From: a virus
Virus record (IMG/VR): IMGVR_UViG_3300048839_000590
Direction: 5' to 3' (one strand)
Length of the DNA: 33,294 nt
Of the stretch, positions 1-8,889 are shown in pieces. A program made the translations under genes and the position numbers. Under the pieces are notes generated by a model. It saw nothing but the letters and a program-made list of their open reading frames with translations. It ran no database searches and was not told where the DNA came from. Positions within the stretch are counted from its first letter, which is position 1. Each line of letters starts with the position of its first letter.

Positions 1-127
1 CTGCCACATATGAGCCGACACAGACAGCCACGCCCGCGCCGGCTGCCGAGCCGGTGCAACGCGGGGCAGGGTTGCCGGTGGAACTGTGGTGCATCGTCGG
101 GATCCTGCTGGTCTGTGGCGGTGTGGG
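1..127. repeat. Terminal direct overlap, identical to 33168-33294 (circularisation signature)
   Basis: Read directly: ctgccacatatgagccgaca...ctggtctgtggcggtgtggg is present at both ends. The overlap lies inside an ORF. Unit length is 33167 bp. Confidence 0.97.
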
Positions 128-167
128 AATTGCCATGAGGATGGTGAGCAAATGGCTCAAGCGATAA
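1..167 (+). CDS. 3' end of the junction-spanning gene (continues from 32900..33294); C-terminal TM anchor
   Basis: The frame continues from 32900: ...PVQRGAGLPVELWCIVGILLVCGGVGIAMRMVSKWLKR, then TAA at 165-167. Bases 1-127 duplicate 33168-33294. Confidence 0.7.
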   Translation, partial: ATYEPTQTATPAPAAEPVQRGAGLPVELWCIVGILLVCGGVGIAMRMVSKWLKR

Positions 168-913
168 ACAACAACGGTGTGACCACCGAAACAACACAGG
201 GTTGGGGCGGCCAGTTGCTTGCCAACGGCCCCAAGTTCATGGCAGCGGCCGCGCTGGTGCTGATCGGCGCGTTTATTGCTGTACGCGCGTTTGTGGGTGA
301 GTTTGTGGGAGATGGCAAGGTTGCGCTGGCTCTCACTGCCATCACCTGTGTGGTGGCTGTGTGCGTGGCACTGGCCGCGCCACTCATCATCTGGGTAATC
401 CGCGAAACGAGCAAGGCCTCGGTGGCCGGGGTAGCCCAGCAGGTGAGCGAAACCAACCAGCTCGTGAAATCGAGCATTGAACAGAACAGCGCCGTGATGA
501 GTGCGCTGATTGCTCTGACAGGCCAGCACATGCAGGCAACCAGCACGCAGGTTCAACTGCCCCCCGCGCCACAGCCGGTGATGAAACAGATACAGCCGGC
601 ACAACCATCCATCAGCATTGATGGCAAGGGCATCGGATGGGATAAGGCCACTGTGAACAAGGCAGCGGCCAAGATTTACTACACGCTCTACAAAGAGCGA
701 ATTGAGCCAACACAGGCCAACATCAAAGACAGGATCAAGGAACTGCAATCCACTTCGCTCATCAGCGCGGCCATGCAGGAATTGAAGTCGCTAGGGTGGG
801 CCGAGAGTAATGGCGCGGGTAGTGGTTACAAGTGGGTGTACGACGACGCACCCGCGAATACTGACACCTCCCCCACTGTTGACGCAGGTGCAGACCAAAG
901 TGCGAAAACCTAA
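152..913 (+). CDS. Membrane protein, two predicted TM helices, unknown function
   Basis: ORF track 86..913. The in-frame ATG at 152 (MAQAINNNG) is preceded by GAGGA at 137-141. Hydrophobic segments are FMAAAALVLIGAFIAV and LALTAITCVVAVCVALAAPLIIWVI. Confidence 0.7.
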   Translation: MAQAINNNGVTTETTQGWGGQLLANGPKFMAAAALVLIGAFIAVRAFVGEFVGDGKVALALTAITCVVAVCVALAAPLIIWVIRETSKASVAGVAQQVSETNQLVKSSIEQNSAVMSALIALTGQHMQATSTQVQLPPAPQPVMKQIQPAQPSISIDGKGIGWDKATVNKAAAKIYYTLYKERIEPTQANIKDRIKELQSTSLISAAMQELKSLGWAESNGAGSGYKWVYDDAPANTDTSPTVDAGADQSAKT

Positions 914-992
914 CCATAGGATAGATAGATAACTTTTTGGATAGCTTTTGAGGTAAGAGAGCGGTGCAAGGGCGGCACAAGAGCGGTATACT

Positions 993-1148
993 ATGTTCAT
1001 GCAAGACGAAAAGAAAAACACCTCCATTCGTATCAGCGCAGATGGTGAACGGCTGCGTGCTGCTCTGGCTAAGGTATTGGGCATCAACAAAACGGCTGTG
1101 ATTGAGCTGGCTCTGCGTGAGTTGGCTGCAAGGCATGGGATTAAATAA
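993..1148 (+). CDS. Ribbon-helix-helix (CopG/Arc-like) protein, 51 aa
   Basis: My own translation (below the ORF-track size cutoff): MFMQDEKKNTSIRISADGERLRAALAKVLGINKTAVIELALRELAARHGIK. It has a short beta strand plus two helices. The stop overlaps the next ATG (TAATG at 1146-1150). Confidence 0.65.
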   Translation: MFMQDEKKNTSIRISADGERLRAALAKVLGINKTAVIELALRELAARHGIK

Positions 1149-1717
1149 TGGATGCCTTAAAACTAACAATCTCCAAGACGCACCTTGACAGCTTTTTGAT
1201 GATGGATTCACCATGCCGCACTTCTTGGCGCGGGAGCAATGGGAAGTACAGAGCGCTGATGGCTCTATTTAAGAGTCGTGGGTGGCTTGTGAAAGAACAT
1301 CCACGTTTTGGGTGGCGTGCTCATGTTGCCACTTATGAGCAGCGCATTTCTAAATTCCCAATTGATTTTTCAGATATTGTTTTGATGGAGCCTGTAACAG
1401 TGAATTTAGAGCAGGCCTTTTCGGAAGAATTACGCGGAAAGAGTTTGCTCGATGGATATGTTTATTTAATTAGTGATGGGCATTACACAAAGATTGGAAT
1501 ATCAGACAACCCTATTGAGAGGTTGAAAGATTTATCTAACGCAAATCCCAAGAGGTTGAGGCTGATTGCTTCAGCATCAGTAAAACACGCACGAGTTGTT
1601 GAGCGCGATCTGCACCAGCGGTATGCCGCATTTCGGCGAGAACGTGAATGGTTTGAATTAACACAATCACAACAAGAGGAAATAGCCATACAGCTATTAA
1701 GGCTTGCACGCGAGTGA
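1148..1717 (+). CDS. T5orf172 (GIY-YIG superfamily) domain protein
   Basis: The C-terminal half, GYVYLISDGHYTKIGISDNPIERLKDLSNANPKRLRLIASASV..ERDLHQRYAAFRREREWFEL, follows the T5orf172/MUG113 pattern. The gene is visibly AT-richer than the rest of the genome. Confidence 0.8.
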   Translation: MDALKLTISKTHLDSFLMMDSPCRTSWRGSNGKYRALMALFKSRGWLVKEHPRFGWRAHVATYEQRISKFPIDFSDIVLMEPVTVNLEQAFSEELRGKSLLDGYVYLISDGHYTKIGISDNPIERLKDLSNANPKRLRLIASASVKHARVVERDLHQRYAAFRREREWFELTQSQQEEIAIQLLRLARE

Positions 1718-1864
1718 CGTGCTAAAGCCCAGCCAACTCATGATCACACCCATCCACACCACCCATCCATCCACGCCGGCACCGGCGCGCATAGAATCAC
1801 CTGCACCTTATTCACTCTGGAACGATCCTGACTTTTGGGCTGTCTGTGAAATCCTTGCTGAAGC

Positions 1865-3490
1865 ATGCCTAAACTCATCACTCAAGCTGGCCGCACCGTC
1901 GCACTCTGCTACCTCAGAAAATCAATAGTCCGCTCAGGGCTGGACTATGCCAGCATTGACCTGCAACGCGCCGGCGTGGCTGCGTTCTGTGCAGCTCGCG
2001 GCTGGCAGTGTGAGTGGTATGAGGACGCCGAGGGCCACAGCAGCGGCCGCAACGAGAGCGGCCGGCCCAACTGGCTCAGGCTAAAGCGGCGCGTGGATGA
2101 TCCTGATGTGGCCGCTGTGGTGGGTTACAAGCTGGATCGCCTCGGGCGCAGTGTGCGCGACATCTCCACCTTCATTCAGTATTGCTCAGCGCGTGGCGTG
2201 GGCGTGCTCACCGCTGATGGCCAGATCGACACCACCAACAGATTGAATGCGCTCACCAGCGCACAGCTTAACATCCTCGCCACCTTCGCACAGTTTGAAT
2301 CTGACATTGCCAGCGATCGCATGCGTGAGCGGGTTGCAGCCAAGGACGCCGCCGGCGTGAATCATGGCAAGCCACCGTTTGGCATGGTGCGTGTAGGCGA
2401 AGGCTCGGGGGCGCGCTTTGTTGCATCGCCGGATGTTGGCGCGGTCATTCGCTGTCTTGAGCTGTATGCAGGTGGCGCGTCATACGATCAGTGCGCGGCA
2501 CGCCTCAACCGCGATGCCGTGCCATTCCGCGATCGCGCCGGCCAGCCCTGCGAGTGGGGCCGTGAGAGTGTGCGCACCGTTGTTGGTAACGTGCTGAGGT
2601 ATACCGGCTTTCATGTGCCACAGACCGGCTACGATGCGAAGGCCAACCGCGTGAACTTGGCTGATGGTGAAGGTGATTTGTGCGACCGCTGGGCGCGTGC
2701 CATCGGTGCGTGGCGCTCACCGGCTGTGGATGAAGTGATTGACAGGCAATTGGCCAATGCAGTGATCGACCGCCGCAACAAGAATCAGCACACGGGCCGG
2801 CCGGCAACGCGCGCGCTCTACCTGCTCACTCCGATCACGTATTGGCGCGGCCGGCGCTTGCGTGGCCAGTCACTGCCAGCAGGCCGCGTGTATCGCACCT
2901 ATGGTTCAGGTGCATCGTTTGGCGCGGATGATGTCGAGCAAACATTCCTGCAGCACATGGCCGGTCTGCACATGACAGATGAGCTGCGCGCCGGCGTGCG
3001 TCAGGTGCTCATCAGCCGCATGAGTGAGGCGCGGCTTGAAATGTTGCAAGCGCGCATCAGTGAAGCCAAGCAGATGCGCACCACGCTGTTGGATCTGTTG
3101 CTCTCGCGCGCCATTGATCGAGATGATTACAACGTGCGGTTCTCACAGTGCGAGCGCATCATCAGAGAGTGTGAAGATGAGATGCGCTCACCGGCTGAGG
3201 TTGAAGCGGCCATGCAGCGATTGAGCGAGTTTGGCGAGATGGTGCAGCATGTCCCGGCGCATCATCAGAAAAGAATCATTCACTCCACGTTTGCATCCAT
3301 TGGGTTGAATGATGATGGCGAGGTGTGCGCAGTCGACTGGAAACCATGGGCACAGCAACTGTGGGGGGCGCTGCGCCCTGATGCGCCAAACGTTACAAAC
3401 ATTGCCGAAGGTGGGGGTTTAGGACAACGTTTGTATTTTCTGCCGGCCCCGGTTTCGTTCTGGTCAGACCTTCCCCTGCACGCTGTTTAG
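1865..3490 (+). CDS. int: Large serine recombinase (phage integrase)
   Basis: The N-terminal resolvase-type catalytic domain reads ALCYLRKS...VVGYKLDRLGRSVRDI...ATFAQFESDIASDRMRE, followed by a recombinase domain and a C-terminal coiled coil. 541 aa. Confidence 0.9.
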   Translation: MPKLITQAGRTVALCYLRKSIVRSGLDYASIDLQRAGVAAFCAARGWQCEWYEDAEGHSSGRNESGRPNWLRLKRRVDDPDVAAVVGYKLDRLGRSVRDISTFIQYCSARGVGVLTADGQIDTTNRLNALTSAQLNILATFAQFESDIASDRMRERVAAKDAAGVNHGKPPFGMVRVGEGSGARFVASPDVGAVIRCLELYAGGASYDQCAARLNRDAVPFRDRAGQPCEWGRESVRTVVGNVLRYTGFHVPQTGYDAKANRVNLADGEGDLCDRWARAIGAWRSPAVDEVIDRQLANAVIDRRNKNQHTGRPATRALYLLTPITYWRGRRLRGQSLPAGRVYRTYGSGASFGADDVEQTFLQHMAGLHMTDELRAGVRQVLISRMSEARLEMLQARISEAKQMRTTLLDLLLSRAIDRDDYNVRFSQCERIIRECEDEMRSPAEVEAAMQRLSEFGEMVQHVPAHHQKRIIHSTFASIGLNDDGEVCAVDWKPWAQQLWGALRPDAPNVTNIAEGGGLGQRLYFLPAPVSFWSDLPLHAV

Positions 3491-5016
3491 ATCACCCCAG
3501 GCGGCGGCGGGAACGACTGCGCAATCTTCACATCGAGCGCAGGCAGTGGATCTTCAGGCTCAATCGTGAGCGTGCCATTGTCCATATCCATCTCTGTGCG
3601 AGCGATCAGAAACCGGCGTGCAGTCGTGCTCACGCCTGACGGGTTGGAGATGGGCAGGTTGCGCACGGTGATGTAATCGCCGGCTCGCACCACCCACGGT
3701 GGCATGGGCGTGTTGCTGGCCCCCAGCACCTTGCTCACTGTCAGTGATGCGCGTGGCACGAGCGAGCGCCGAGCCAGCAGCCATGTGTCACGGGTGTAGG
3801 TGGCTTGCCCCAGGCCACTGGTGCCAGCATCCAGCGCCATGCGTCGCGTGATGCCGTTGTTGTTGATGCTGTCTGCGTTGTTTGCGATGCCGGTGCGCAG
3901 GGTGTCGCCGTTGGCGTCCTGATAGATGGCATACGCGCTGTTGAACATCTCATCTAAGGTGCGCTCAAACGCCGGCACCGCGTCTGCATCCACATACCAC
4001 TCTCGCGCCACGTGCCCCTGAGGGCGCAGGTAGAACACGCGCTCAGCATCAACGCCCACTTCGAGCAAGCGCCCGGACGTGTCGCCGAGCTGGGCCAGCC
4101 GCGTGAGGATGTCAGCAGGATATTGATCCTCATAGAGTTCATCGAGCAGATCCATGCCGGTGGCCACCACCATGGTGTTGCTCTGGTTCACTGATGGCGC
4201 GAGGGGCAGCAGATCGCCGGCGATCGCTTCAGCGTTCACACTGCCGGTGGTGGTCTTGATGCGTAGGTTGGTGAGCTTGCAAAACCAGTAATAGTCTTCC
4301 TGCGTGTTGGTGTAATTGCCGCCGGTGTTGTTGTTGATTGAAATACTGATGCGATCACACGCGCTGAACGTCAGGTTGTGCGATGTGGTGACTGTGCCGA
4401 TGTTGGCCGTGTAGAGTGGCGCGCCAAGGAAGGTATAGTTTCGATCCCAGCGCCGCACGTAGAAATCCCAGTTGGCCGGCAAGCGTGTGCTGAGGCTGAA
4501 ATCAAACCCGACGATCTGCCGGCTGCTTTGGCTGGGGATGACATAGGTCAGCTCTGCAATCAACGCCACGTTGCCATACACAGCATCCTTTTTGAGCGAG
4601 ATGTTGAGCCGGTTGTCTGTGTCGATGTTGTACATCTCAGGCGTGCGGCTGCCATAGTTGTCAAGGGTCATCGCGCGCCACTTCGTCACATCGGTGTCAC
4701 TCCACAGCGCGGTGTATGGCACGTCTTTGAATGCGCGCCAGTAACCGAAGGCATCCATCTCAAGCCCACTCTCAGCCAGCCGCATGTTTTCAACCCGGCC
4801 ACTCCACAGCGCCTCACCGCCCCACACCAGACGCGCATGTGGCACGCTTGGCCGATCCAGTGCAGCCAGCGCCTGCAGCGGCGACATGGGGAAGAATGCC
4901 GTGAGCTGTTCAGGTCCGTGCGTGTTGGTGCTGAAGCGCACACGTGTGGCGCGTGAGCCATCGAGCAGCAGCGAGCCGCCAATGCCGGTGAGGATGCTGA
5001 AGTGTGGGCGCATCAT
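3487..5016 (-). CDS. Tail tip (Tal-like) protein
   Basis: 509 aa and the last gene of the tail module. The N-terminus HFSILTGIGGSLLLDG..RFSTNTHGPEQLTAFFP resembles siphovirus tail-tip N-domains. The call is mainly positional. Confidence 0.55.
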   Translation of the reverse strand: MMRPHFSILTGIGGSLLLDGSRATRVRFSTNTHGPEQLTAFFPMSPLQALAALDRPSVPHARLVWGGEALWSGRVENMRLAESGLEMDAFGYWRAFKDVPYTALWSDTDVTKWRAMTLDNYGSRTPEMYNIDTDNRLNISLKKDAVYGNVALIAELTYVIPSQSSRQIVGFDFSLSTRLPANWDFYVRRWDRNYTFLGAPLYTANIGTVTTSHNLTFSACDRISISINNNTGGNYTNTQEDYYWFCKLTNLRIKTTTGSVNAEAIAGDLLPLAPSVNQSNTMVVATGMDLLDELYEDQYPADILTRLAQLGDTSGRLLEVGVDAERVFYLRPQGHVAREWYVDADAVPAFERTLDEMFNSAYAIYQDANGDTLRTGIANNADSINNNGITRRMALDAGTSGLGQATYTRDTWLLARRSLVPRASLTVSKVLGASNTPMPPWVVRAGDYITVRNLPISNPSGVSTTARRFLIARTEMDMDNGTLTIEPEDPLPALDVKIAQSFPPPPGVI

Positions 5017-5019
5017 GGT

Positions 5020-6402
5020 TTATTCCAGAATCAGCCGGCCATGAAAGAGCTTGATGGAGAACTGTGGCGCCTGCACCGCGCCGCCGTTGGTCACTGGCCG
5101 CCAGTTGCTGCCGCTGCCCTGTGCAAGGATGGTGTATCCCATCGTTTGCTGGCTCGTGAAAATCAGATCACCGAACGCCGGCACTGCATAGATGGCGTTG
5201 ACGCTTGCCCCGCCAAACACATCAGCATTGAGCAGCACCTGAGGGTTGAGCAAGGTGTCATAGCGCACATACACGTTGTATGGATCCGTGCGCAGGGTGG
5301 TGCTGTCACCGCTCAGGAAGTCTTCGCCCAGCTCAACAATGCGTGTGTGCCGGCTGTCGAGGTTGACGAAGCACAGGTAATCCATCTCAATGGATGTGGC
5401 GTTGCTGATTGAATCGACGTTCAACTGCACACGATCGAAGCCTTGATTCACATCGAACGTGCCAATGCACATCACCTTGCCGGTGAGGGGTGTGAATCGG
5501 ATTGTCCTCAACACCACATTGTTGGCGCTCAGAAATTGCAACGTCATGGGCGGGCTGCCCACGATGTTTTTGAACGATGCAAACACAGCCACTCTGCGCC
5601 AAGTTGAGATGCTGGTGGCGTATCTCACCCAGCTCGTGGCCGCGCCACTGGGCTGCAGTTTCACGATGGTGCCGGTTTTTGAGTTGGCATTGGCGGCCGT
5701 GGTGATGTTGGCACTGGCTGCACCCGAGCCACCGTAGAACAGTGGCGAGGATCCCTGAGGCGTCACAATCAGCGTGCCCAGCTTGAACCCGCCCGACTGA
5801 TCGCGGTAAATCGGCCCCCAGTAAATTTGCGCAAGCCGGCTGTGCTCAGGTGGCGCGGCCGCCCAGCTATGTGAGAACGTGTTGGCAATGTTGGTGGCAG
5901 TGCCGGCATTCAGCGTCTCAGCATCGATCAGCCACACACCAAGCCGCCTGATCGTCACCCGCACGCCATCAATCGCATTGTTGAGCAGTTGGTCAAGGTA
6001 GTCGCTGGGCAGATCTACCTCGCCATCAATCACCGTATCCCAGCATGGCCCACTCAGGTTCGAGCCAATGGGCTGCACTGCAATGCCAATGGCCATTTGA
6101 TCTGTCACGAGGCGCAAGCCGGCACTGTAACGGCGCGCAGTGTCCAGCACATTGGTGAGGGCTTCGAGGTTATCAAACACCTCTTGGCGCGTTGCGCCGA
6201 TGATGTTGACGGTGAATGTTTCTGTGACCGGCTCGTAGCCGCCCAGCGCGGTGGGGTTGTAGCGTGCCACGCCTGGTGCCCAGCCATCGCCGGCGAGCTG
6301 GTATTTCGTGCCATCGAGCAGATCCACCGGCGTGCCTGAAAAGGAATTCCACAGGCCGCTGATCTGGCCTATCTTGATGGTGCTGTAAGTTGTTGGGGGC
6401 AT
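5020..6402 (-). CDS. Distal tail protein (Dit)-like
   Basis: 460 aa. The ATG overlaps the tape-measure stop (TAATG, 6400-6404). The order TMP->Dit->Tal is canonical. Confidence 0.5.
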   Translation of the reverse strand: MPPTTYSTIKIGQISGLWNSFSGTPVDLLDGTKYQLAGDGWAPGVARYNPTALGGYEPVTETFTVNIIGATRQEVFDNLEALTNVLDTARRYSAGLRLVTDQMAIGIAVQPIGSNLSGPCWDTVIDGEVDLPSDYLDQLLNNAIDGVRVTIRRLGVWLIDAETLNAGTATNIANTFSHSWAAAPPEHSRLAQIYWGPIYRDQSGGFKLGTLIVTPQGSSPLFYGGSGAASANITTAANANSKTGTIVKLQPSGAATSWVRYATSISTWRRVAVFASFKNIVGSPPMTLQFLSANNVVLRTIRFTPLTGKVMCIGTFDVNQGFDRVQLNVDSISNATSIEMDYLCFVNLDSRHTRIVELGEDFLSGDSTTLRTDPYNVYVRYDTLLNPQVLLNADVFGGASVNAIYAVPAFGDLIFTSQQTMGYTILAQGSGSNWRPVTNGGAVQAPQFSIKLFHGRLILE

Positions 6403-8654
6403 TAGGCCATCCTCACGCGCGACTCTGCGCGCCGTGCATATTCGTTCAGGGCTTTCTCGACGATGGCGCGGATGGCGGCCTCGCTCATGTTCGCGCCGCG
6501 CGCATCTACATTGATGACCACAGACGCGCCGGCGCTGCTGATCGTCTTCGTGCCATCGTCTGTGGGGAGTGGCGCGCCACCCTTGCCGGCGCTGCTCGTG
6601 CTGTTGGTGCTTGCGCCGCCGGGGTTGAGAATTCGCCTGATGGCATCACGCAGGAACACGGGGAAGATGTTGATGGCCGCGTTGATGGCGTTCAGGATCG
6701 CGCCACGAAGTGCACCCAGCAGCGCGCCGGCTGCACCAGTGATGCCGCTCACAATGGAGTTGATGATGTTGGTGCCAAACGCCTTGAAGCGTTCAACAAA
6801 CCCCACCACTTCGTTATAGGCATTCTGGATGGAGCCGACGATGTTGTTTTTGATCTCGTTGAACTTGGCGCTTACTGTGCCAGCAATGCCATTGGCGATG
6901 TTGGAGATTGCGCTGGCCAGACCTTCCCACAGACCACGCACAGCATTCAGCGCGCCCTGTGTGTCACCCTTGAGCAGCGCGAGGAACGCCCTGAGGATGC
7001 TGGTGATGACCGTGGTCACCGTCCGCACGATCGTGCTGATGGCGTTGAACACGGTGGTGAAGATCTGCTTGATCTCCGTGCCATGCTGCTGAATGAATGT
7101 GGCGATCGCGGTGAACGCCGGCACGATGATGGCCTGAATGACTTGCATGGCAAGCGTGATGATGGTCTGGATGGTAGTCCACATCTCTTGCACGAAGGCC
7201 ATGATCTCTGTGCCGTTCTCTTGCCAGAACTCGCTGATGAGCTGCACGGCCTCACCCACCACGGCGGCGATGGCCGGCATGACTGCATCCACCACGCTCT
7301 TGATGGCGTTGAAGATGGTGCCGAATGATGCGCCAAACCCTTCCACCTGTGGCCCGCCATTCAGCAGCGCATTGATAAACTCGCCAATGCCATTGATGGC
7401 CGGGATGACCGCATTGTTGATGAACTCGGTGATGATCGGAATCGCTTTCATGCCGATCTGAATCCCGATGGTTTCCAGCGAGCCACCCAGTGAATCAAGC
7501 GCAAAGGCCAAGCCCTGATTCATCTTTGCCGCCTGCTCTTGCGCGGTGCCGGCATTGTCCATGGCCGTGCCCATCTTGTTGTATCCCTCAGCGCCCTGCT
7601 CTGCGATGAGTGCAGCAGCGCGCTGGGCATCGCTGCCAAAGATCGTTTCAAATGCCAGCGCGCGCTGTTCCGTAGTCAGATCCTTTGTGGCATCATGCAA
7701 GAGCTGCGCGGCTTTCTCCATGCCGACAAACTGACCGGCTGCATCGTAGAACACACCCTTTTCAAACGAGCCAATATATGTTTGGGTCTGCTTTTCTGTC
7801 AGCCCCGTTTGCTCTGCAACCTTAAACAGCGCGCCACGCATCTGCTCGGCGCTCATGCTCGCTGCATCAATCCCGTGTCGCGCCAGCTCCTCAATTGCGC
7901 CCTGGGTGTTGAATGACATCAACCCCAGCTCGCTCATGGCGCGCACAGCCGCCTTGCTCGTGGGTTGCAGGTTGTTGAGGAACGCCTTGAACGATGTGCC
8001 GGCATCCGCCGCGCTGCTGAAGCCCGGCGCGAGCAGCGCCATGGCCTGTGTGGTTTCTTTGAAGCTCAACCCGGCCACCTTTGCCACGCCGCCCACGTTG
8101 GCCATGCCCAACGCCAGCTCGTCAACGTCAACGGTGGATGCATTGGCCGCCTGTGCCATCTGGTTGGCAACGGTGGTGGCATCCACTCCGGTGCTGCTCC
8201 ACACGCCCAACTGCTTAGCGGTGATGTTGGCGGCTTCAGCCAGCTCAAGCTGGCCGGCCGCCGCGAGGCTCAGCGTTGCCTCAAGCCCCTGCCCGGCGAT
8301 GGTGGCAGGGTCCAAGCCACCTTTGGCCAGCTCCACAGCAGCATCAGCCGCCTGTTGCGCACTGAATGCAGTTTTTGCACCCATCTCCAAAAACAGATCG
8401 TTGAACGTTTCAACGCTCATGCCGGCCTGCGTGAGGCTGTCGCCGGTGACAGATGCAAACTTGTTAAGTGTGGCCTCATAGTCCTTCGCCACATTGATGG
8501 ACGCGCCTAGCCCCGCACCGATCGCACCCACGGCCACCAGCGCGGCGCTGGCTGGGTTGATCATCGCGCCCATCGATGCGCCGATGGATGACAGCCCCTG
8601 TGAGGCTTCATCCTTCAGCCTGATGATCAGGTCAAGCATTGCGCTGTTTGCCAT
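6402..8654 (-). CDS. Tail tape measure protein
   Basis: 750 aa, helical and Ala/Gly/Ile-rich. The core SVTGDSLTQAGMSVETFNDLFLEMGAKTAFSAQQAADAAVELAKGGL is typical of TP901-family tape measures. It follows the chaperone pair. Confidence 0.9.
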   Translation of the reverse strand: MANSAMLDLIIRLKDEASQGLSSIGASMGAMINPASAALVAVGAIGAGLGASINVAKDYEATLNKFASVTGDSLTQAGMSVETFNDLFLEMGAKTAFSAQQAADAAVELAKGGLDPATIAGQGLEATLSLAAAGQLELAEAANITAKQLGVWSSTGVDATTVANQMAQAANASTVDVDELALGMANVGGVAKVAGLSFKETTQAMALLAPGFSSAADAGTSFKAFLNNLQPTSKAAVRAMSELGLMSFNTQGAIEELARHGIDAASMSAEQMRGALFKVAEQTGLTEKQTQTYIGSFEKGVFYDAAGQFVGMEKAAQLLHDATKDLTTEQRALAFETIFGSDAQRAAALIAEQGAEGYNKMGTAMDNAGTAQEQAAKMNQGLAFALDSLGGSLETIGIQIGMKAIPIITEFINNAVIPAINGIGEFINALLNGGPQVEGFGASFGTIFNAIKSVVDAVMPAIAAVVGEAVQLISEFWQENGTEIMAFVQEMWTTIQTIITLAMQVIQAIIVPAFTAIATFIQQHGTEIKQIFTTVFNAISTIVRTVTTVITSILRAFLALLKGDTQGALNAVRGLWEGLASAISNIANGIAGTVSAKFNEIKNNIVGSIQNAYNEVVGFVERFKAFGTNIINSIVSGITGAAGALLGALRGAILNAINAAINIFPVFLRDAIRRILNPGGASTNSTSSAGKGGAPLPTDDGTKTISSAGASVVINVDARGANMSEAAIRAIVEKALNEYARRAESRVRMA

Positions 8655-8889
8655 TGCGTCGTGCCTCTCGTTTGGCGCGCTTTGCCTCGCGCTCTTGCAG
8701 CTCGCCTTCAGCCTGAATGCGCGCCATCAACTCATCAAAGTAATCCACATCCAGCGCATCCACCTGATCAGGCGTCCAGTGGTAGAGCGCGGCAAGTGTG
8801 ACGTACACATCCCACTCACCCACACGCCCTTTATATTTGCCTTCTAGTTTTCGCCGCCATCGATCAACGAGGGCGTTGTAGCTTTTGGG
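8632..8889 (-). CDS. Tail assembly chaperone, -1 frame extension (gpT-like part of a G-T fusion)
   Basis: The -1 frame is open from 8922 down to the stop at 8632, overlaps the end of the G ORF, and contains the track ORF 8632..8823 (..WTPDQVDALDVDYFDELMARIQAEG..). Confidence 0.6.
   Translation of the reverse strand, partial: PKSYNALVDRWRRKLEGKYKGRVGEWDVYVTLAALYHWTPDQVDALDVDYFDELMARIQAEGELQEREAKRAKREARRNGKQRNA

Noticed and set aside
86-151. The track start at GTG 86 for the 152..913 gene (MVHRRDPAGLWRCGNCHEDGEQ...)
   Set aside because: This segment is the -1-shifted reading of the junction gene's C-terminal TM anchor. ATG 152 with GAGGA upstream is the credible start.
6390-7328. Long plus-strand ORFs antisense to structural genes (e.g. 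6390..7328 at 312 aa, 12447..13769 at 440 aa, 9258..9986, 17448..17972, 18986..19954 at 322 aa)
   Set aside because: They lie opposite genes with clear family signatures (tape measure, capsid, major tail, TerL, repeat protein). Their Arg/Ala/Gly/His/Cys-rich composition is typical of shadow frames in GC-rich DNA. They also lack SD sequences and operon logic.
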